Positions 40,901 through 59,672 of a stretch of DNA of 64,000 nucleotides are shown here, piece after piece. Every line of letters starts with the position of its first letter. Position 1 is the stretch's first letter. The stretch is taken from NCBI GenBank assembly GCA_030265395.1, contig JARFYF010000001.1:91996871-92060870 (forward strand), read 5' to 3'. This DNA comes from Rhina ancylostomus. Lineage: Eukaryota. The notes beneath the pieces are model-generated. The model saw only the letters and a program-made list of their open reading frames with translations. It was not told the origin of the DNA and did no database searches. The translations under genes were made by a program, and so were the position numbers.

Positions 40901-42984
40901 TGAGATATCCTATGCTAAAATCATACACAAATAAAAGCTGTTAGCTTTGATCATTCTTAGAAAATCTTGAGATTTTTAAGAGCCTGTAATGTACAGGACT
41001 GTTTCCGAGTCAAGGTCACACATCAGGGTTGGACATTCTTGAATTGCATGGTACCATCATTATCTCATAAATACTTAATTGAGATTCCTAAGTGTATGCT
41101 CAGAAAAAGGAAAAGAATCAAATTTATAAAAGATTTGTTAAAGAGAAATTCTCCATTGGCCAAATCTTTACTCAATTTCTTTCTCATCTCCTTGCATTCA
41201 CTGCACAACTTGCTTCCCTATCTATGTGCCATCAGAAATTTAGCAACCATCCCCACCTTGCCTTCAACCAAGTATTTATACATATTGTAAAACAGTGAGG
41301 CCCCAGTACCGATCTGTGACACACTACCTGTTAAATGATGCCCATCAGAAAAAAACTAATAAATAACTGTTTTCCATTAGCTCACCAATCTACCCACTTC
41401 AATGTTACTTCACTGTCAGTGAATCTTCCAAGTTAATTTTTACATTTCAATTTGAACTTTGTTTCTAAGATAGTTGGAGAAGACAAAGAAACTGCAATAA
41501 CATCTTCATAAACACATTTTCTACTGTAGTAAAATACCCATGGAGAGGGCTGATTTCTACAACCTTCATTCATTTTACTTAAGTCTAGTTCAGTATTTCA
41601 CTCCTGAAAACTCTAAAACAGCAAATACAACAAATCTGGCATAACTGCCAAACATCATACATTTTATCAGTTTCCTTTTCCAAACGAGCAACTTGGGCAA
41701 AAACCTTTCAATGCGAGAGCCATTTTATCTACAAAATCAACATATTACCCATTCCTTAGTGGCACACATCAACCCTTCCTTAACCCTTCCACATTCAGTT
41801 CTCTCCTTCCCTATAAATTTTCAATTCCCTTTCTCCCTCCCCCCACCACTATCTACCCACTCTGACCGTCTTTCTCTTTAAACACACCAGCCACAATCCC
41901 TGCCACTCACTGCCTCCAGCTCCCAGCCATAGTGAGCACATCAGCTGGCCCCATTCTCCACAGTACTCCAAACACTTGATCCCTGCTCCTGGCTATGCTC
42001 CATCGAAACTTCTGCCTGAGTTCCTGGCTATGCCCCAGCATCCACAACTGCCATTACAGGCCTAACAAAGAACATGACTGTTCTAATCTAATGCTCCCGT
42101 TAAAAAAATAAAAGTAACATGCCTGTAGCTCCTTGTACTAAAATCTCATCCTCCCTGATTATAGGCATCTCAAAATTTGAGCACAAAATTTCTGCCACTG
42201 GAGCACAGCTTTAGTAACAAAGCTGAAGGGGAAAAAATATGAATTTACTTTGTGTACTATAATGCAAGTTTGTATCCTTTTTACAGGCCCAGAATTTGAG
42301 AATAAATTTCAATTCAAATATCTTGAGTTTTTTAGTTTCATACTTTCTACATATTATTGGTTAAAAGTAGCCTACTCAATCCAAGTTTTCTGCAACACAA
42401 TTTGATAGGGTGAAGTCAATGATCACTTAGACATCTCCATTTCAGATGACTTGTACAACAAAAACACCAATTAGATTTTAAATTGTTAAATGACAAATCC
42501 ATTAATATAAAGCTCTTGCATGTGCTGATCTAAGTCATGCTTACTGATTTTTTAAAATATTTTAGCTGATGTAGGAGGCTGCAATCACAAAGTATTGTGC
42601 CAGGGCAACCACTCCAAAACATTGTTGGAGAAATTATACTGTATTATTCCGTACACTTATATTAAATTATTTACATTCCCAAATCTAGATCCTCTGCCAT
42701 AACTCAAAACAGAAAAAAAATTCACTCAAATGTTTAAAAAGTAAAAAAACTAAACAATATTTAAGTTGGTGAACCAAATCAAGAGGTACACAAATCATTA
42801 AGTTATTCTTAGCTACTCCATTCCTAAAATATAGACTACCATAAGGAAGGTATGTCATTACCAACTTCATTTTTCTTGTAAAAGAATTAAACAAATGTGA
42901 GAGATGAGAACTTAAGACCATCAGATACCAATGAAATATTCAAGTGGAAAAACTAAATAGTTTCAATGGACTAGGTTTGCAACT

Positions 42985-42990
42985 TTTATT
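42985..42990 (-). terminator. Candidate polyadenylation signal AATAAA, copy C
   Basis: tttatt on the + strand about 310 nt past the stop codon. Confidence 0.5.
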
Positions 42991-43301
42991 TAAAGAAAAA
43001 CAACATAATGTAATGAAATACAATATTTATCCCAGGAAAACTGTGGTTCAATACAAATTTAGATGCATCTTTGAAGTCATTAATTGCACATTTTGGTGGA
43101 ATAAATGGGTATCTTGTGCATACACTTTTTGTTTGGAAGGACTGCATATATAAACAATACAATTCAAACATACTTCCAAGAATTGCAAACACTCTGGTCC
43201 CAAGCAAACAAATTAAGTTCCATATTTCCTTTGACGTGAACTATTTTCTACAACTTTCATTTACTTGGGTAAAAGTCCACTTTTGTAATTACACCCTTAG
43301 C

Positions 43302-48074
<4,773 letters not shown>

Positions 48075-48119
48075 TGTATCTGATGACAATGAGAGAAAAC
48101 AATGTTAGTCACTAGAAGG

Positions 48120-48335
48120 TTGTTTTTATTTTTTTATTATTTTTATTTACAACGTGTCTGTGCCGCCCATTTCAAACCCCAAATTAACCTACCCGTACAT
48201 CTTTAGAATGTGGGAGGAAACCGGAGCACCCGGAGGAAACCCACACAGACGTGGGAGAACGTATAAACTCCTTACAGACTGCAATAGGAATCGAACCCCG
48301 ATCGCTGGTGCTGTAACAGCATTGCACTAACCGCT
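48120..48335 (-). mobile_element. tRNA-derived SINE (same family) in intron 1 of copy C
   Basis: gtgggaggaaaccggagcacccggaggaaacccac...ggaatcgaaccccgatcgctgg. Confidence 0.8.
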
Positions 48336-49739
48336 CGCAAGCCAAATCAGATTTGTTGTGACAATGTCAGTGAACCAAACAATATGCTGCTTTATAATCA
48401 AAGTAGTGTTGTATTTGTATCATTTTTAATAGAAAAAGAAATTGCAAAGATTACACTTTAATTTCCATGAATGTTGAAAAATTGAGAAATTGACATTAAA
48501 ATGATCAAAGTGGCTGATGTGAAACAATCTCTGGTGAGGAAAGCCAATACAAAGTGACGAATAAAATAAGAATTTGCATGTTCAAGTAGGTTCACAGATT
48601 AGTTAAAATGTGACCACTCACAAAAAGTTGTCATGGCTCGATGGAATGAAAAAACAAAACTCAAAGGCATTCAGAGCTAAAGAACCATTGCCATCGATGA
48701 AGTGACTAGACAGTTGTGATCAAATGAGTGGCACAAAAAGCTTGAGAGTTAGTCCTATTCCAGCCTACCCTGTACTCAAAATGTAGAAAGACAGCAGGTA
48801 GTAAACAATGACATTGAGGATACATGTTATTCAAATTGATAGTATGGGAGGGAAGCTTGGGCTGTCACGCAGGGAGCAATGCTGCAGCATATTCCTATTA
48901 CTTGAGGAAACTGAGTCAGGAAGGATTGGATGACAATGGTGCTTAGTACAGTTGATGGGAGTGGTAAATTGAGTTGAAGCCCAAAAAAAAATCAAAGGAG
49001 GAATGTCGGAAATTATAGCCAATAGGCATTGGAAAGGAATGTCAATTACCAACTGAGTACAAAGTTGCTTGGTTCCTAATTAGTAGAGGAATCAGAAGGA
49101 TTTAACTGTTTAGGATGGAAGGGTACACGAGTATCTATGTCAAGTGAGCAACTGGACTACAAAGAATAGCATACCGGACCTCCAATATCCTTTTCGTAAG
49201 ATTTTCGCTGAAAAAAACACAATTGCATGCAAATGCAATGAGGGCCAGGCGGCAATTCACGCACAATCAAGTTACATATCTGTTAGCAGGAGGGACAATC
49301 ATTGGGCATGGTCTGCTGCACCCACAGGAAGGTTTCAGGTGCCAAACTGTTAATCTAATAGTCTGAACAACAAAAATGCCGAAACACATGAACGTAAGCA
49401 CTTGACCCAAAGGGAAAGTAACACAATTACTGCCTCACAGCTTCAGCAATCAGGTTCAATCCTGATCTCCCAATGCTATCTGCGTGGTTTTCACAATCTC
49501 GCTGCGACCGCATGGGTTTCCTCCGCGTGTTTGTTACCTTGCGCACCTCAAAGACGTGCGGGTTGGGAGGTTAATTGGCCCCAATGCATTATCCTCAGTG
49601 TGGGGGTGAGCGTCGGATTAGTGAGGAATGTGAGGAGAATAAAATTGGTCTGGTGCAGGATTATTTTGCTCGATGGTGGGCCGATTGGGTTGGTGTCCAT
49701 GCTGCATGACTTGACTTTTCACTGGGAAACGAGCCAAGT

Positions 49740-50400
49740 CCAGCAACCTTGGGGGCACCGGGCCAGCCCGAAGCTTCACGACGAGCAGCCGCCTCACTGG
49801 TGGGTCCTCAGCGGCAAATAAGCCGCAAAGAGAGATACGGTTAAAACTCTCCCCCACCCCCACTCGCAAAACTAAACGCCACAGGACATCAGAGCAGCGC
49901 CTCCCGTTCCCACATCGACCAGCCCCCGCTTCCCCTCCCAAGGTCAGTCAGCGGTGGGGGAAACACCGTTCGGCCGCGGTCGCCGAGCTCTCAGGTCCCG
50001 GGCCCGGAGGCCGACCTTCCCGCCGGTTTTTAGGCCCACCGATCGGCTTCTCCGTCCGCACCGACAAAACGCCCGACTGCTAAGCCCTTACCAGTCAGCC
50101 CACCTATCCTATCCACTCCACTCCACATTCCCCCCCCCCCCGGTAGCAGCCGGACCCCAGACACCCCCCCCGGACCCGACGTTACCTACTCGGACGCTCC
50201 GTTCAACTGACGCAGACGAAATAAAAACCGATGCACAAAATGGAGCCCGACGCCCTGCGGCGGCCAATCACAGGGCGCGCCGTAGCGTCACCTCCGCTCT
50301 CTGTGTCGCGTCGCCGGCGGTCGGCTGGCGACGGGGAGTGGCGGTGTCCTGCGCTGTGGGCCTGTTCTGCTAGTTCACTCTCCGGACACTCGCTTCCACC
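49740..50400 (-). promoter_or_regulatory. CpG island promoter and non-coding exon 1 of copy C
   Basis: CpG-rich. CAAAATGGAG at 50236-50245, CCAAT at 50264-50268, candidate donor GTAG|GTAAC at 50186/50185. Confidence 0.78.
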
Positions 50401-50649
50401 CTGGGTTTTGAGGTGGATGGTGAAGCCAATGCGGCTAGGGTAGGCTGTTTGTATAGGAGGGGGCCGGTGCACCCTTTCCCGGGACTTCTCAGTGCCATTT
50501 CTCCTCCACTCGGTGTGGTCGTGGTCCAGAGGTTCCCAGGAGTCGGTGGNNNNNNNNNNNNNNNNNNNNNNNNNNNNNNNNNNNNNNNNNNNNNNNNNNN
50601 NNNNNNNNNNNNNNNNNNNNNNNNNNNNNNNNNNNNNNNNNNNNNNNNN

Positions 50650-50932
50650 CAATGCTCAAGACAAGAGGGCATGGCTTTAAGGTTATGGGTGGGAAGTTCA
50701 GGGGAGATGTCAGAGGGAGGTTTTTCCACCCAGAGGGTGGTTGGTGCATGGAATGCGCTGCCTGGGGTGGTGGTGGAGACAGATACATTGGACAGGTTCA
50801 AGAGACTGTTGGATAGGCATCTGGAGGAATGTAGGATACAGGGATATGCAGGAGGAAAGGGTTAGATAGTGAGAGGTGTGGTTTGATGGGTGGCACAACA
50901 TGGTGTGCCGAAGGGCCTGTATTGTTCTATGG
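50650..50932 (+). mobile_element. CR1-type LINE 3' end
   Basis: GFSTQRVVGAWNALPGVVVETDTLDRFKRLLDRHL. Confidence 0.8.
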
Positions 50933-51211
50933 AAGATCAGCAATGCCACGGGGGAAGATGCTGGAGAATGCTAAACAAGGTTAGTGACTTCCTTGACCAA
51001 CAAGGAGGGTGAAGAGAGTCAATTCCTTTGGTGTTTCAGCAACTCATTGGATCAACAGGACCAATTCTACACTTGGATCTTTTCTCTTGCGTACTAATAA
51101 TCTCAAAGGCATTGCACTTCATGGAAGTCATAATGTCATCCAGTCATGACTTTGTAACATCAATTAGGTCCCTCATTCTAAAGCTCATTCCTGACCTAAT
51201 ACCTGCACATT

Positions 51212-51790
51212 AGAACATAGAACACAGAACAGTACAGCACAGGAACAGTCCCTTCAGCCCATGATGTTTTGCCAAATTAATTGAACTCCTAACTAAAGTA
51301 ATTTCTTCTGCCTACACAATCTTTTTAAAAAGATACCAGATATGTCTACTATCTATGCCTCTCAATCTTAAATTTTATCAGGTCTCGGCTCAGACTCTGC
51401 CGCTCTAGAGAAACCCAAGTTTGTCCAACCTCTCCTATAGCACATGACCTCTAATCCAGGTACCATCTGGGTCAACCTGCACCCTCTCCAAAGCCTCCAC
51501 ATCTTTCCTACAATGGGGTGACCAGAACTGAATGCAATGCTCCAGGTGTAACCAAACCAGAGTTTTATAAAGCTGCACGTAACTGCCTGATTCTTGAACT
51601 CAGTGCCTTGATGAATAAAAGCAAGCATTCCATTCACCTTTTTTTTTACCACCCTATCAACTTATGCAGCCACTTTCAGGAAGCTATGAACTTGGACCCC
51701 AAGATCCCCCTGTATGCTGTTACAGTCCTTCCATTAACTATGTACTTTCCCTTTACATTTGATCTCCCAAAGTTCAACAACTCTCACATG
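51212..51790 (-). mobile_element. CR1-type LINE 3' end
   Basis: VKKKVNGMLAFIHQGTEFK...; tail (ttctatg)-like repeat agaacatagaacacagaac. Confidence 0.75.
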
Positions 51791-52029
51791 CACTTGTGTG
51801 GGGACTATTTGTGGCATGCTGGTAATTTAGTCCCCTGCTCTCTCATCCCTTTAAACAAGGTGAGCTGTGGATTAAAGTCAAGGCCACTATACCCACAGAT
51901 TAATTCAAAATTTGCCTACTACTCACCTCTGAGCAACAAGCCACTTTCCCTAGACCAAGCATGGTAAATTTTCCACCCTGTACTAACCAGTTCATCTAGC
52001 ATATTAACTTCCTCAGGCAAGAAGATTAG

Positions 52030-52515
52030 AATTGTTTTTTTATTGTCACTTTTACTGAGTACAGTGAAAAATTTGTCTTGCATACTGTTCATACAGATTA
52101 ATTCATTACACAGTGCATTGAGGTGGTACAGGGTAAAAACAATACAGAATGCAGAGTAAAGTGTCACAGCTACCAAGAAACTGCAGAGCAGGTAGACAGT
52201 AAAGATCAAGGTCATAAAGTAGATTGTGAGGTCAAAAGTCCATTTTATTGTACTAGGGAACCTTTCAATAGTCTTATAATAGTGGGATAGAAACTGTCCT
52301 TGAGCCTGGTGGTATGTGCTTTCAGGTTTTTGTATCTTCTGCCTGATGGGAGAGGGGAGAAGAGAGAATGTCCTGGGTGGGTGGGGTCTTTGATTGTTCT
52401 GGTTACTCTACTGAGGCGCAAGAATTAGAGTCCATGGAGGGGAGACTAGTTTCTGTGACGTGCTGAGTTGTGTCTTGTGGTCACGGGCAGAGCAGTTGCC
52501 GTTCCAAGCCAGTGG
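52030..52515 (-). mobile_element. Rex1/Babar-type LINE 3' end
   Basis: Reverse complement of the family seen at 36290-36820. Confidence 0.75.
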
Positions 52516-55379
52516 GCAAGGTTGGATGTAGGTTCTATTGCAAACATGACCCCAGCCACTTTTTATCTGTATGGTGTACTGCCTGATACTGCTTTCTCTC
52601 TCACCAGTGTGAGTGGAAATTGAAGAAGAGGTTCAAAAATTGGTGATGGTCTAAAAATTCATAAGCTCTTTGTATTTGAATTTTGAGCTGAAAACATAGG
52701 GGCAGAGGATTCAGTTTAATTAGGCTTTAGTGTGGCATGGATGAGTTAAAGATTACCCTTGTTCTCTATCATGTTCCTTGAATTATAGGCAATTTTGTTT
52801 TCAGAGACATGGTTACTGGCTGTCATTGTTGGGTCAAGTTCTGAGATAAGTGAAAATAGAAACCAGGGAAATAATGGAGATGAGTGAATTTAATTACAGT
52901 ATATCATAGTCATACAGCATGGAAACAGGCCCTCTGTACCACTGGTTTGCACCAACCATCAAGCACTTGCTTGCATTAATGTTACACCAAGTACACTACA
53001 CTACCCTTATTTTGTTCCCTCCCACATTCCCATCAACGTCCCCAAATTCTACTACATTACTGCCATTGTGCAGTGACCAACAAACCTACCAACCAGTATA
53101 ATCCCTTTAGGATGTGGGATGAAACCAGAGAAGCTAATGCTAGGTCACTGGAGCTCTGAGGAAGCAGATCTAAGCTGCCTTTGTCAGAGAAGACATATCA
53201 ATAAAGTTGAGGATTGACAGTAACAAATAGAGAGCAAGAGATGAAATTACAAATTCGTGTCAGATTGTGAGGCTGTTAAGGAAGAACATGCCTTTTCTGC
53301 AGATTATCAGGGTAGTAACTGTAGGAGGGTAGAGAAATGTAGATGAAAGTATGCAAGAGTGGTCTGAACAGCAATTGTGACCTTTTGAGTGAGAACACAG
53401 AGAACAAGACCAGCCGAGAGCATGGATGAGGTTGAGAGAGTAGGAGGGTAGTTACATCAGAGCTGAGTGGATTAAAGGATTTTGTGTAAAGAACTGCATG
53501 TATGTTACCAAAAAAATGTGTAAATTCTCTCATACCAGACTATTTCCTCTGCTCCTTTAATCTGAACAGCAAACGTGCAACCAAAACAAGTTCATGATGA
53601 GAATGTATTATTTTCTTGATGCTGTTGATTGAAGCAGATCAATTTAGTGAGCATAGGGCATAGAACTATGAAATTCAACTGATCTCAATCCATTCTGACC
53701 ACTGCATCTTGCAACATACTCCGTCACAGTCTAGACATTCTTTGTTAACAAATGATACTGTAGCAACAACTAAACTGCTCTTCAAGTCCAGAGATTGAAA
53801 GATAGTGTGTAACTTGCACTTATCATGACGTGATACGGGTAAGATTTTAGATGATCTTTTCCAGATTGCTTTATATATAACTGATGTAGACCATAAATTT
53901 CCTTGAATTGTATAATTTTTGCTGAGTGTCATGGTTACTAGCTGTCACATTTGTCCAACTGTGATGCAAGTGAAAATAGGAATTGTGGAATGAAACAGTT
54001 TGACTGGAAGGATTGAAAGTATTGAATTGATAAAGGTTGACAATTCAATATAATTTAACATTGACAGAAATAGAGATGAAACATTTTGTACCCACTGCAC
54101 ACAATTCATTATTTTTCTTAACTTGAATCTTCACAAGACTCGGAAATTCCACACATTCTTTTTAACTACATCCAAAATGCTCTTTCATGTGTAAGATAGC
54201 TTTATTTCCACTCCTAAACTGGATTATAAATAGTTTACTGATCACATTGTTGTTAGCTATTATTTTTCTTTAAATATTTTATTATTAGAAGTTAACAATA
54301 TTCTTCAGGGCCAATCAAGACAGCACAAAGCTAACAAAGACAGGTTCGTACAAATTAACACATTAGGAACAGTAGACCCATTTACTAAGATCTTGTCTGA
54401 TTTAATTGTGTGCTCAACTCCATTTACCCCAGTAATCTTACACCCCCACCCCCGCTTATCAAATATTTATCTTACCACTGTTTTGAACAGATATTCAAAC
54501 ACATTGCTTCCATTGGCCTTTGAGAAAGAGTTCTGAAAACTCACAACCCTATAAGAGAAAAATGTATCGCCTCATCTGTCCTAAATGGTGACCCCTTATT
54601 TTTAGATAGTCACACCTAGTTTTAGATTGTCTCACAAGAGGAAACATTCTCCAAATCCACTTGTCACAACCCTTAGTTTCATTTAAAGTGAACTACTATA
54701 CAAATAGATCTGATCAAGTAGACATCATTTAAAACCAAACAAGATAAGACAATAGTGTAGTAGGAGCAGGGGTAGTCACCTGATCCCTTGAGCCTACTAT
54801 GCCGTTCATTGGGTTGCTGCTAATCTGAGTTTTAACTGTCTTCCTACCCAATCTCCATAACCCTCAATTGTTCTGCATTCTAAAAAATTATATTAGCCTT
54901 GAATATAATGAAAATATTTAAAAAAACAGTAAATGCTGAAAATCAGAAATAAAAAGAGAAAATGCTGGAAGCACTCAACAGGTCAGTCAACACTCGAGAA
55001 GTAGTTAACATTTCAGGTCCCGGATACTTCATCAGAACTGGATAAAATATAACTTAAATAGAATTAATGATTCACAACTCAGAAGAAGTTACTCAAATCA
55101 GATTTGGGTGGTGTGCCCACATTTTGAGAATATGCTGCTTGTTCTAGACTCCCCTATTGAGGGAAATGTCCTTACAGCATCTACCTTTGTCAATTCCCCT
55201 CTGAATCATATACTTTAATGAGATCATCATTGTTTTAAACTCCAACTTGTGCTCTTTTTATTCTTGGATTCTTTTTATTTTAGGAACCCACCTAGTGAAT
55301 GTTTGTTTTCTCATATTTCACATTTTCTTAGAATGTAGGAAACCATTTGACAGAGTCTATACAAAGCAATGCCAAATCC

Positions 55380-55645
55380 CACTAATTTTCTGTAACCTGT
55401 TCCCTCACATGTCCACTAAGACACCTGATTCCCTTACCACTCAGCTAAACTACAGATAATTTGTAGTAGCCAATTAGTGTAACAACCAACGGGTCTTTGG
55501 AACATGGGAGGAAACTGAAGTACTTGGAGAAAACCCACAAGTGCACAGGGGAATATACAAAACCACACAAACATCAGTGGAAGTCAGGATTGAACCCAGA
55601 TAGCTGGAGCTGTGAGGCAGCAGCACTACCTGCTGCTGGCACTCA
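55380..55645 (-). mobile_element. Degenerate V-SINE-like element
   Basis: tgggaggaaactgaagtac..gaaacccac..ggattgaaccc..gctggagctgtgaggcagc core and head. Confidence 0.6.
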
Positions 55646-56789
55646 AAACTGTAAATAACACTCAAAACCCTGCATAATCTATGAAGAATTTCATCTTCTT
55701 GTATTCCATTCGTATTGCTTCACCTTAATTACTTGTTATATTACTTGATAACTTTGCTTCTTGTTTGAGGGCATCCTGATCACTTGGAACACTCAAGTTT
55801 AAATAATATTGTAGTTTTCTATTCTTTCTTCCTTCTAAAGTGGATAACATCATATTACAACACCCCCCCCCCNNNNNNNNNNNNNNNNNNNNNNNNNNNN
55901 NNNNNNNNNNNNNNNNNNNNNNNNNNNNNNNNNNNNNNNNNNNNNNNNNNNNNNNNNNNNNNNNNNNNNNNNACCCCCCCCCATTATGTTCCAGAGAAGT
56001 AGAAGGGCATACAATCTCTTCAAAAATGTTATCTTAGATTGAGAACAGCATCCTATTTCAAATGCTTCATAGGTCACTCACTGTGGAGACATCTCACCCA
56101 CACTCAGCTCTGTTTTTTCGTTGGGATTAAGAAATTGTTATTTGTAATTGAATTTAGAATTTGCTTGTTATTTCCATGTGTCTGTTCCTGATTTTAGTTA
56201 AGTATTTGTTTGGGATAATTATTATTAAAGAGTTACTTTTTAGACTTTCACAGGAAGGCTATGGATTTAAAAACTGCAGTTTTTTATTGGACAAATCATT
56301 CACTTGACACACCTCTTGAATTTTATGTTTCAATTTTATTAACAGAATTTACTTTTTCCCACATTAGCATTCTTCAATAAACAAAAGCTTCTTTAAATCT
56401 ACAAAGTAGGTTTTGGCCAGGGAATAATTAGTCTACAAATCTAATTACTCTCTTGAAGAAATACAAATTGTATATGGTAGTAACATACTGTGATACATTT
56501 TATTTAGCTTCAAAGGAACAAAGTTAAAATCAAAAGAAAGACACCCTTGTCATATTAGCTGCATGATGTGCCAACAGTTTTCTACACATCATTTTGCTGG
56601 TATTATTTTAATGAATCTATCAATTATATATTCCCAAAACTAATTGCAACTTTTAAATCTGGTCTAATACAAAGCAACTTTATATTTCTAGAAGAGCTGA
56701 ACAATGAAAAGCATCTGTAAATTCACAAACAGTCTTAAGTGAAATACGGTAAATGTCAGTTTATGTGCAAACTTAAATGAAGCTAGAGA

Positions 56790-57965
56790 GGAATTTGGCC
56801 GCACAGTCGTGAGTGTATAGTGAGTAAAATAAGGGGCTGAGAATGCAGCCTTGCAGGGCATCTGTGATGAGGATAATTGTGGAGGTGTTATTGTCTATTA
56901 ATTGCAGTCATTTGGTCAGAAAGTCAAGGATCCAGTTGCAGAGGAGAGTGCTGAGTCCTAGATTTAAACGTTTGGAGATGAGTTTGTTTGGGATTATAAT
57001 GCTGAAGGTAGATAAGTAGTCAATAAATAGGAGTCTGACGTAGGTGTTTTTGTTATCTGGAGATGAGTGTAAGGCCAGGGAGATGGCATCCACTGTGGAC
57101 CTTTTTGATGGTAGGCAAATTACAGTGAATTAAAGTTGCCTGGGAGGCTGAAGTTGATGTGTGCCAAGACCAGCCTCTTGAAGCACTTCATGATGATGGA
57201 TATCAGAGCCACCGGACTATTGTCATTAAAGCACGTTACCTTATTTTTCTTTGGCACTGGGATGATAGTGGTCTTCTTACAACAGGTGGGAACCTCTGAT
57301 TGGAGTAGGGAGAAGTGAAAGATGTCTGTGGATTCTCCTGCCAGCTGGTCAGTGCAGGATCTGAGGACATGACAGAGGATTCCATCTGGGCCTGTTGCTC
57401 TCCGCAGGTTCACCAACAGGAAGGCTGATCTGATATCTGCTATAGTGACCATGGGTGTCGGTGAATCAAAGGTTGTCGAGGTGGGTGGTGTCCATTCCTT
57501 GACCTTCTGTTCAAAACAAGCATAAGATGCATTGAGCTCATTAGGGAGGGAGGAATGCATTGCCAGCATTACTACCTGACTTTGCTTTGTAGCTCATTAT
57601 AGCGTGCAAGCCTTGCTACAATTGATGGCTAGTCTGGAACTCTAGCTTGAACTGGTGTTGTCTCTTGGCTTTGCGAATGTCACCCCTAGATTTCTGTTGG
57701 GGTCACCAACTTGAACACCTCAGATCTAGACCAGTGAAGAAGGTATCCCTCAGTTCATCCATGGTTTCCACTTGGGGAACACTCAGATTGACTTCTTTGG
57801 CAGACAGTCCTCTACACACTTAATGATGAGGTCTGTGACGGTGGTGGCATACTCATTTAGGTTAGTCACTGAGTCCTTGAATCTGGACTAGTCCACTGAC
57901 TCAAAGCAGTCACGAAGGAGATCATCTATTTTCTCAGACCAGCATTGTATGACTTTCTGTACCGG
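56790..57965 (-). mobile_element. Rex1/Babar-type LINE ORF2 (reverse transcriptase N-terminal half) fragment
   Basis: RRATGPDGI...CTDQLA...KKTTIIPVPKKNKVTCFND.SPVAL.S.IMKCFKRLV; DAISLALH...YVRLLFIDY. Confidence 0.85.
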
Positions 57966-58799
57966 GATTGCTTTCAGATATCAAATGTTGAGCTTCAGAT
58001 TAATGTCTTTGCATTAGGACTGAATGGAAGTAGATTAAAACAACAGCAGCCCTAAAGTGTTGCATTATGCTAAAATTGAATGAACAGAACCTATCTCTTC
58101 CTTTCTCCTTGTGTACTTGCATTCCCTTAAGTGCCTTTTGTAATACAGCTGCTAACTCGTGTTAAACATTAACTGGAGATATAGGGAAGGAAAATAACGC
58201 TTTTATTCTTGCCATCATATCATGTTTTAAAATAAGTCAATTATATAAATGAAATGAATGAGCATAGCAAACCCAATTTACTTTTTGTTCTTGTTTCAGC
58301 ATGCACAAAGGTGACCTCTTCAGCCTACCTCATTGTCCTTTAAATCCTATTGCAGAAGAACAAGAACAATTTCCACTCATTTAACAACATTCTTTTGTAT
58401 TATGTACAACATCAAGACAAGTAAATTATGATTCAGCAGTTATAAAGTTTTCTGTAGCAGCACTCAACTCTCCTGTTTAGGTGCTTTGTTCATTTTGATG
58501 GAAAATAGGAAACTTAAGTAAAATGAAGTAATTTTTAATAATTCCTAATTGATTTATTAAACTATGCATTTTTATACACTTTTGTAAAGGAATACAAGTT
58601 ACTTGAGGTAACTGTATTCTCTTGATGGGGGAAAAGTGTAAAATTGGCAACCCTTTTTTAAGTTAACCAAGGGTTTCGATCATTAGTTTGTGAAATTTGT
58701 TCTTCAAATCCAAGAGAAAAAGAAACTGTAATTAGGCTTTATTATGGCCCTGGGCTCGTTGCCTTATTTCTTAGCAAAGTCAATCTTTGAAAAATCTGC

Positions 58800-59672
58800 T
58801 TCAGAATCAGAACAAATTTATTATCATTGACTTGTATAACATTTTGTTGTTTTGTGGCAGCAGTACATTGAAAAGACACAAAATTACTATAAATTACATA
58901 AGCAGGAATAATGAGGTGGTGTTCACAGACCATTCAGAAATCTGATAGCAGAGGGGAAGAAGCTGTTTCTGAATCATTGACTGTAGGTCTTCAGGCTCCT
59001 GTAACCTCCTCTCTGACGGTAGTAAGGGGAAGAGGGTGTATCCCACAAGGTGAGGATCCTTCGTGATTGATGCCACCTTCTTGAGTTGCCACTTCTTGAG
59101 GGTGTCCTCAATGGTGGGGAGGGTTGTGACAATGACGGAGCTGGCTGAATCTACAATCTTCTGCGGCCTCTTGTGAACCTGTGCTTTGGAACCTTCACAC
59201 TAGGCTGTGATGCAACCAGTCAGAATGCTCTCCACCATACATCGATAGAAATTTGTAGGAGTCTTTGGTAACATACTGAATCTCCTCAAACTCCTAACAA
59301 AAGTAGAACCACTGGTGTGCCTTCTTCATGATTGCATCAATGTGTTGGCCCTGAATAGATCCTTTGCAATGTTGATGCCCCCTAACTTGGGCATCGCCCT
59401 TTCTACCCACTGACCCCTCAATGATGACTGCTGTGTGTTCTCCCAACTTCCACTCCTGAAGTCCATAATCAATTCCTTGGTCTTGCTGACATTGAGTGCA
59501 TGGTTATTGTTGCAACACCACTCAACCAGCCAATCTATCTCACTCCTCCTTGCCTCCTCATCGCTGTCTGAGATTCCACCAACAACAGTGGTGACATTGG
59601 TGAATTTATAAATGGCATTTGAGCTGTGCTGAGCCACAGAGTCATGAGTGTAGAGAGAATAGAGCAGTTGCT
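58800..59672 (-). mobile_element. Rex1/Babar-type LINE 3' fragment
   Basis: IYKFTNVTTVVGGIS..DEEA.RSEI..LVEWCCNNNHALNVSKTKELIMDFR. Confidence 0.8.
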